The notes below the pieces were generated by a model that had not been told where the DNA came from, ran no database searches, and saw nothing but the letters and a program-made list of their open reading frames with translations. Both the position numbers and the translations under genes were made by a program. This document shows, piece by piece, positions 59,216-64,000 of a DNA stretch of 64,000 bases (positions within the stretch are counted from its first letter, which is position 1; every line of letters begins with the position of its first letter). This DNA is from a bacterium (GTDB lineage Bacteria; UBA8248), in assembly GCA_965221165.1 (NCBI GenBank), contig CBDCRP010000002.1, positions 192,001-256,000 on the forward strand. Reading direction: 5' to 3'.

Positions 59216-59984
59216 TGGAAGTCCCCAGATAGGCTTCCAGCACCTTGGGGTCGCGCCGCACCTGGGCGGGGGTTCCGTCCGCAATCTTCTCCCCGTGGTC
59301 CAGCACCACCACGCGGTCCGATATGCCCATGACCACCTTCATGTCGTGTTCGATCAGCAAAATGGTGACGCCGCGCTCGCGAATCGCCAGTATCAATTCG
59401 TTCAGCACGCCCTTCTCCCGCGGGTTCATGCCCGCGGCGGGCTCATCGAGCAGCAAGAGGCTGGGCTCGCTCGCCAGGGCGCGGGCAATCTCGAGCCTTC
59501 TCTGATCCCCGTAGGAAAGCGCCTCCGCCATGCCCGAGGCGTAGGCGTCGATGCCCGTGAACTTGAGCAGTTCCATGGATTCGGCGGCCGCCTGACGCTC
59601 TTCGGCCACCATTCCGGGGAGCCTAAAAATCGCGCCGACCGGCCCCGTGCGCATCTTGCAGTGCCGCCCGACCAGGACGTTTTCCAGCACCGTCATCCCC
59701 CGGAAGAGGCGAATGTTCTGAAACGTGCGCGCGATGCCCCGGCTCGTGACGGCGCTGGGCTTGAGCCCCACGAGGTTTTTCCCCTTGAACACGACGTCGC
59801 CTTCGGTGGGCGCGTACAAGCCGGTGACCACGTTGAAGGCCGTCGTCTTGCCCGCGCCGTTCGGGCCGATGAGGCCGAGCACCTCGCCCTCGAACACTAT
59901 CAGGTCCAGAGAATCCAGGGCCACCACGCCGCCGAAGCGCCGCGTGAGCTTCTTCAACAGCAAAAGACGCACTTTTGCGTTCAT
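59208..59984 (-). CDS. livG: Branched-chain amino acid ABC transporter ATP-binding protein
   Basis: GPNGAGKTT, ARTFQNIRLF, LSYGDQRRLEIARAL and IEHDM. Confidence 0.93.
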   Translation of the reverse strand: MNAKVRLLLLKKLTRRFGGVVALDSLDLIVFEGEVLGLIGPNGAGKTTAFNVVTGLYAPTEGDVVFKGKNLVGLKPSAVTSRGIARTFQNIRLFRGMTVLENVLVGRHCKMRTGPVGAIFRLPGMVAEERQAAAESMELLKFTGIDAYASGMAEALSYGDQRRLEIARALASEPSLLLLDEPAAGMNPREKGVLNELILAIRERGVTILLIEHDMKVVMGISDRVVVLDHGEKIADGTPAQVRRDPKVLEAYLGTSNA

Positions 59985-61162
59985 TTTTCCGCCCCCGCCT
60001 CGCCTTGAGGTTCATCGACCTCGAGATGATGGCGCTGTCTCTTGGCCTGCAGCAGTCCCTGGGGTCTCAGCACCATCATCAGCACCATGGCGCTGCCCAG
60101 AAGCATGGGCCGGAAAAGGGTCAATTCCCGCAGCGCCTCGGGCAGCACGGTGAGGATCAGCGCGCCGAGCATCACGCCCGGAATGCTCGCCATGCCGCCC
60201 AGCACCACCATGCACAAGATGATGACGGATTCAAAAAACGTAAAACTCTCCGGTGAGATGAAAGTCTGCTTCGAGGCGAAGACGACGCCTCCGAATCCCG
60301 CCCAGGCCGCTCCGAAAGCAAAGGCGGAGAGCTTCGTGTAGACGATGTTGATGCCCGTGCACTCGGCCACCGTCTCGTCCTCGCGCATGGCCGCCCAGGC
60401 GCGGCCCAGACGGCTCTTGTCGAGCCGGTTCACGATGAAGATGGTGACGATACATAAAGCCACGACGAGGTAGTAGAAGTGCATGGGCTTGTACAGGCGC
60501 ATCTCGCCCAGGTAGGGTCGCCCGATGCCCAGGATGCCGTTCGGGCCTTGCGTCACGTTGTCCCAGTTGTTCAGAACCAGACGGATGATCTCGCCGAAGC
60601 CGAGCGTGACGATGGCGAGGTAATCACCCCGGAGCCTCAGGACGGGAATTCCCAGAATGATCCCGAACAACGCGGAGCAGGCCACGCCTACCCCTAAGGC
60701 CGGCCAGAAGGAAAGCCCGTACCAACTGTTCAAAAGAGCGTAGGAATAAGCCCCCACGGCGTAGAAGGCCACATAGCCCAAGTCCAGGAGACCGGCGAAG
60801 CCGACCACCACGTTCAACCCCAGGGCGAGCATGACATAGATGCCGGTGATGACGAGCACGTCGGTGGAGTAGCGATCGAGCGTCCAGGGCAACGCGATGA
60901 TGAGGAGCAGAAAGAGGCTCCAGTAGCGCTTGTCGTAGGATTTCTCCTCGATGAACCCCCAGGCGGACGCGCAACTGTTCTTGATGCGTTGCGCCGGGCC
61001 CGCCAGCGAGCCGGACTGCACGCTCGCCCGCGTCAAATTCACCACCAGAACGACTACGGCGCAGCCCAAGCCTATCCAGAGGCTGTTCTTCCACCCCGCG
61101 AGAGGCAGCGCCAAAAAGGCGAACCACAGACCTATCAGAGGGACTCTCGCGTATGCGCTCAT
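59981..61162 (-). CDS. livM: Branched-chain amino acid ABC transporter permease
   Basis: GLNVVVGFAGLLDLGYVAFYAVGAY and LRLRGDYLAIVTLGFGEI. Confidence 0.93.
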   Translation of the reverse strand: MSAYARVPLIGLWFAFLALPLAGWKNSLWIGLGCAVVVLVVNLTRASVQSGSLAGPAQRIKNSCASAWGFIEEKSYDKRYWSLFLLLIIALPWTLDRYSTDVLVITGIYVMLALGLNVVVGFAGLLDLGYVAFYAVGAYSYALLNSWYGLSFWPALGVGVACSALFGIILGIPVLRLRGDYLAIVTLGFGEIIRLVLNNWDNVTQGPNGILGIGRPYLGEMRLYKPMHFYYLVVALCIVTIFIVNRLDKSRLGRAWAAMREDETVAECTGINIVYTKLSAFAFGAAWAGFGGVVFASKQTFISPESFTFFESVIILCMVVLGGMASIPGVMLGALILTVLPEALRELTLFRPMLLGSAMVLMMVLRPQGLLQAKRQRHHLEVDEPQGEAGAEK

Positions 61163-62064
61163 GTTCTGTCCGCTCCGCCAGAGCCGCCCAGGATTCCCTC
61201 GGGCCGGAAGATGAGAACGACGACCAGCACCATGAACGCGAAGACGTCCTTATAGACCGCGGAGACGTATCCCGCCCAGAAACTCTCCAGAAGCGCCAGC
61301 AGAAAGCCGCCCAGGAACGCACCCGTGACGTTGCCGATGCCTCCCAGCACGGCGGCGGTGAACGCCTTCATGCCCGCCACGAAGCCGATGTGGTGGTTCA
61401 CTATGCCGTAGTACATCCCCACCATCACGCCGGCCACGGCGGCCAGCACGGAGCCGATGGCGAACGTCACCGCGATCACCCGGTTCACGTTCACCCCGAC
61501 GAGCGAGGCCATCGTCCTGTCCTGTGCGGTGGCGCGCATGGCCTTGCCGAGCTTCGTCTTCTTGATGAACAACTGGAGAGCGGCCATGAGGCCCAGGGCG
61601 AGAATGAGAATGAAAATCTGAAGTCCGTTCACGTAAGCGCCGAGGAGCTGAAAACTCCCCAGTTCCAGCAGATTGGGGAACGCCTTGTCGCGCGCTCCCT
61701 GGACGACCTGCACGTAGTTCTGCAAAAAGAGGCTCATGCCTATTGCGCTGATGAGGGGCGAGAGCCTCGGCGCGTTGCGCAGCGGGCGGTAGGCCACGCG
61801 CTCGAGCGTGATTCCGTATGCGGCGCAATAGATCATCGGGATGAGGAAGACGAGGACAATGCTCAGCGCCAGGCTCGTCTGCGTGAGGCCCATGCTCCCC
61901 AGCACCGCCAGGACGGCGATGCCCACGTACGCGCCTATCATGTAGATTTCGCCGTGGGCGAAATTGATGAGCTGCAGAATCCCGTAGACGAGCGTGTAGC
62001 CCAGGGCGATCAGGGCGTATACGGCGCCCACGACGAGTCCATTCACCAACTGTTGCGCAAACAT
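61159..62064 (-). CDS. livH: Branched-chain amino acid ABC transporter permease
   Basis: YALIALGYTLVYG...LINFAHG and KAFTAAVLGGIG. Confidence 0.93.
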   Translation of the reverse strand: MFAQQLVNGLVVGAVYALIALGYTLVYGILQLINFAHGEIYMIGAYVGIAVLAVLGSMGLTQTSLALSIVLVFLIPMIYCAAYGITLERVAYRPLRNAPRLSPLISAIGMSLFLQNYVQVVQGARDKAFPNLLELGSFQLLGAYVNGLQIFILILALGLMAALQLFIKKTKLGKAMRATAQDRTMASLVGVNVNRVIAVTFAIGSVLAAVAGVMVGMYYGIVNHHIGFVAGMKAFTAAVLGGIGNVTGAFLGGFLLALLESFWAGYVSAVYKDVFAFMVLVVVLIFRPEGILGGSGGADRT

Positions 62065-62091
62065 AGAGAAATCTTCAAATAGTGATGAGAC

Positions 62092-62122
62092 AAAAAAAGA
62101 AGGGGAGGCTCTCGCCTCCCCT
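62092..62122 (-). terminator. Intrinsic terminator or stabilising hairpin between livK and livH
   Basis: 9-bp stem AGGGGAGGC/GCCTCCCCT with a 4-nt loop, followed on the minus strand by TCTTTTTTT. Confidence 0.75.
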
Positions 62123-62150
62123 CTCGTGATTCAGCATGGCAACCCTTGCC

Positions 62151-63275
62151 CTAATTGATTTGTACGAATTTCGACCCCTTTACCTGCCAGAGCACGTAGG
62201 GGCTCTCCAGAACGTCTCCTTTCTTGTTGAACTGGAATTTGCCCAAAGAGGTGTTCCAGGCCTTGCTGCGCAGATGGGCGGCCAGCTTGGCCCCCTTGGT
62301 GCCGCCCGTGGCCTGAATCGAGTTCAGGAGCAGGTTCGCGGCCACGTAGCTGTAAATGGTGTAGGCGCCCACTTCCTTGCCGAAGCGTTTGCGGTGGTTT
62401 TTGATGATGTTCTGGGCCGCCGCGAGTTTCGTCTGATCCGGCGTGAACGTTATATAGGTGCCCTCGGCGGATTTGCCGGCGATCTTGTAGTACTCGTCCG
62501 TGACGATGCCGTCACCGCTCATGAAAACCGCCTTCATGCCGAGGCGCTCGCGCATCTGCTTCACCAGAAGAATGGCTTCGGGGTGGATGCCGCCGAAATA
62601 GACCAGTTCCAGTTTCTTTTGTTTCGCGGCCGTCAGCACCGGCGTGTAGTCCTTGTCCCCCTGCACGACGCCGCTGTAGAAGACGGGTTTGACGCCTCTT
62701 TTCTCCAGGAATCGCTTCGTCTCATCGGCCAGACCCTGGCCATACGTCGTCTTGTCGTGGAGAACGGCAACGCGCTTGAACTTGAGCGTGTCCACGATGA
62801 AGTTCGCCGCCACTTCTCCCTGCTGATCGTCGCGTCCGCAAACGCGGAACACCGTAGAGAAACCCTGCTCGGTGAGCTTGGGATTCGTGGACGCCGGCGT
62901 GATCTGAACGACGCCCGCCTCCGCGTACACGGTGGACGCCGGAATGGAGACCGAACTGTTGAAATGGCCGACGACGCCGACGGCGCCCGAGTTCACGAAC
63001 TTGTGCGCGATCGACACCCCTTCCCTCGGGTCGTGGCGATCGTCGCCCCAAAGGATATCCACCTTCATCTTCTTGCCGCCGACGCTCACGCCGCCCTTGG
63101 CGTTCCACTCCTCGACCGCGAGCGTAGCGCCGTTTTTCAGCATCTCGCCGAACGCCGCCTGATCGCCCGTGAGCGGACCGGCCACCCCGATTTTAAGTGT
63201 CGCGGCATGCGCGGCCGAACCCAGAAATACTGTAGCTGCCAGAATGGTCAAAACATGAAACACCCTTTTCCGCAT
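62151..63275 (-). CDS. livK: Branched-chain amino acid ABC transporter substrate-binding protein
   Basis: Signal peptide (AHA), KIGVAGPLTG, GHFNSS, TPASTNP and HDKTTYGQGLA. Confidence 0.9.
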   Translation of the reverse strand: MRKRVFHVLTILAATVFLGSAAHAATLKIGVAGPLTGDQAAFGEMLKNGATLAVEEWNAKGGVSVGGKKMKVDILWGDDRHDPREGVSIAHKFVNSGAVGVVGHFNSSVSIPASTVYAEAGVVQITPASTNPKLTEQGFSTVFRVCGRDDQQGEVAANFIVDTLKFKRVAVLHDKTTYGQGLADETKRFLEKRGVKPVFYSGVVQGDKDYTPVLTAAKQKKLELVYFGGIHPEAILLVKQMRERLGMKAVFMSGDGIVTDEYYKIAGKSAEGTYITFTPDQTKLAAAQNIIKNHRKRFGKEVGAYTIYSYVAANLLLNSIQATGGTKGAKLAAHLRSKAWNTSLGKFQFNKKGDVLESPYVLWQVKGSKFVQIN

Positions 63276-63416
63276 GTTGAATCCTCCTGTCGACGGCTCG
63301 AAATTCTCAAGACCCTAGGAAGCGATGTGCACTACCGAGCAAACACCATTTCACCCTGGTGATTCGACCCGGCGGCAATCATGTTTTTTCAAAGTACGTG
63401 AACTTTCATTCTTCAT

Positions 63417-63445
63417 ACGATACGATAACGAAAAACGCCTTTCAA
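63417..63445 (-). promoter_or_regulatory. Candidate sigma70 promoter for the liv operon
   Basis: Minus strand TTGAAA, 17 nt, TATCGT in an AT-rich intergenic region. Confidence 0.45.
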
Positions 63446-63487
63446 GACTTTTTTCTTAAAGATTCTTTATTGAACGGAGGCGGCCCG

Positions 63488-64000
63488 CTACGCCGTCTTT
63501 ACGCGCTCGGTGTATTCCCCCGTGCGCGTATCGATTTTGAGCACATCGCCTTCGTTCAGGAACAAGGGCACGGTGACGGTGGCGCCCGTCTCCAGCTCCG
63601 CCTGCTTGGTCGCACCCGTCGCCGTATCGCCCCGCACGCCGGGTTCGGTCTTTTTAATGGCCAACTCCACGAACGTGGGCATCTCGATGGAAATTGCGTC
63701 ACCTTTGTAAAAGAGAATACCCACTATCGTCTCCTCGCGCAAAAGTTTGACGCTGTCGCCGAGCTTCTCCTCCCCCAGTCCGGTCTGATCGTAGGTTTGC
63801 GTATCCATGAAATGCAGGAGATCGCCATCGCGGTAGAGATACTGCATTTGTTTTTGTTCTATCCCGGGGTCGTCGACGGACTCGCCCGAGCGGAACGTTT
63901 TCTCCAGAACGCGGCCCGTTTTGAGATTCTTGAGCTTCGTGCGCACGAAAGCCCCGCCCTTTCCGGGCTTCACATGCTGGAACTCCACGATGATGAAGGG
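63488..64000 (-). CDS. efp: Elongation factor P (5' end outside the window)
   Basis: FQHVKPGKGGAFVRTKLKN, PGVRGDTA and VPLF...G...IDTRTGEY. Confidence 0.96.
   Translation of the reverse strand, partial: PFIIVEFQHVKPGKGGAFVRTKLKNLKTGRVLEKTFRSGESVDDPGIEQKQMQYLYRDGDLLHFMDTQTYDQTGLGEEKLGDSVKLLREETIVGILFYKGDAISIEMPTFVELAIKKTEPGVRGDTATGATKQAELETGATVTVPLFLNEGDVLKIDTRTGEYTERVKTA

Overview
A GC-rich, densely coded stretch of core chromosome from a diderm bacterium. The gene order resembles that of deltaproteobacterial, Nitrospirota and Nitrospinota genomes; this is an inference, not a taxonomic call. From left to right it holds: (1) a cysK / sulfur-carrier / degenerate ThiF-MoeB operon running off the left edge; (2) thiD, a cupin, glgP, an orphan AbrB-type gene and ppiD; (3) mreBCD-mrdA-rodA, an oppositely oriented sulfatase, a B12 radical-SAM fusion, rng and cpoB; (4) dprA-topA-trmFO-xerC-hslVU-argBDFG; (5) a long minus-strand block with secFD-yajC-tgt, an mlaF-like ATPase, alr, dnaB, rplI-rpsR-ssb-rpsF, hppA, pth-rplY-prs-ispE, lolB-like, TPR, dciA and plsC-like genes; (6) PMM/PGM, YqaA, manC, uppP and a NIPSNAP gene; (7) a ~530-bp non-coding MITE-like element packed with nested palindromic repeats; (8) a livKHMGF transporter and the 3' part of efp. 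I saw no rRNA, tRNA, CRISPR array, transposase or prophage. Best leads: an apparently inactive E1-like protein that keeps only its trans-acting N-terminal Arg motif, next to a capped (GG-Leu) sulfur carrier; the MITE-like element with 27-bp flanking direct repeats; a Tgt with an altered base pocket; and a DnaB with an SSB-like acidic-Pro-Phe tail. All family assignments were made by eye from motifs; no searches were run.
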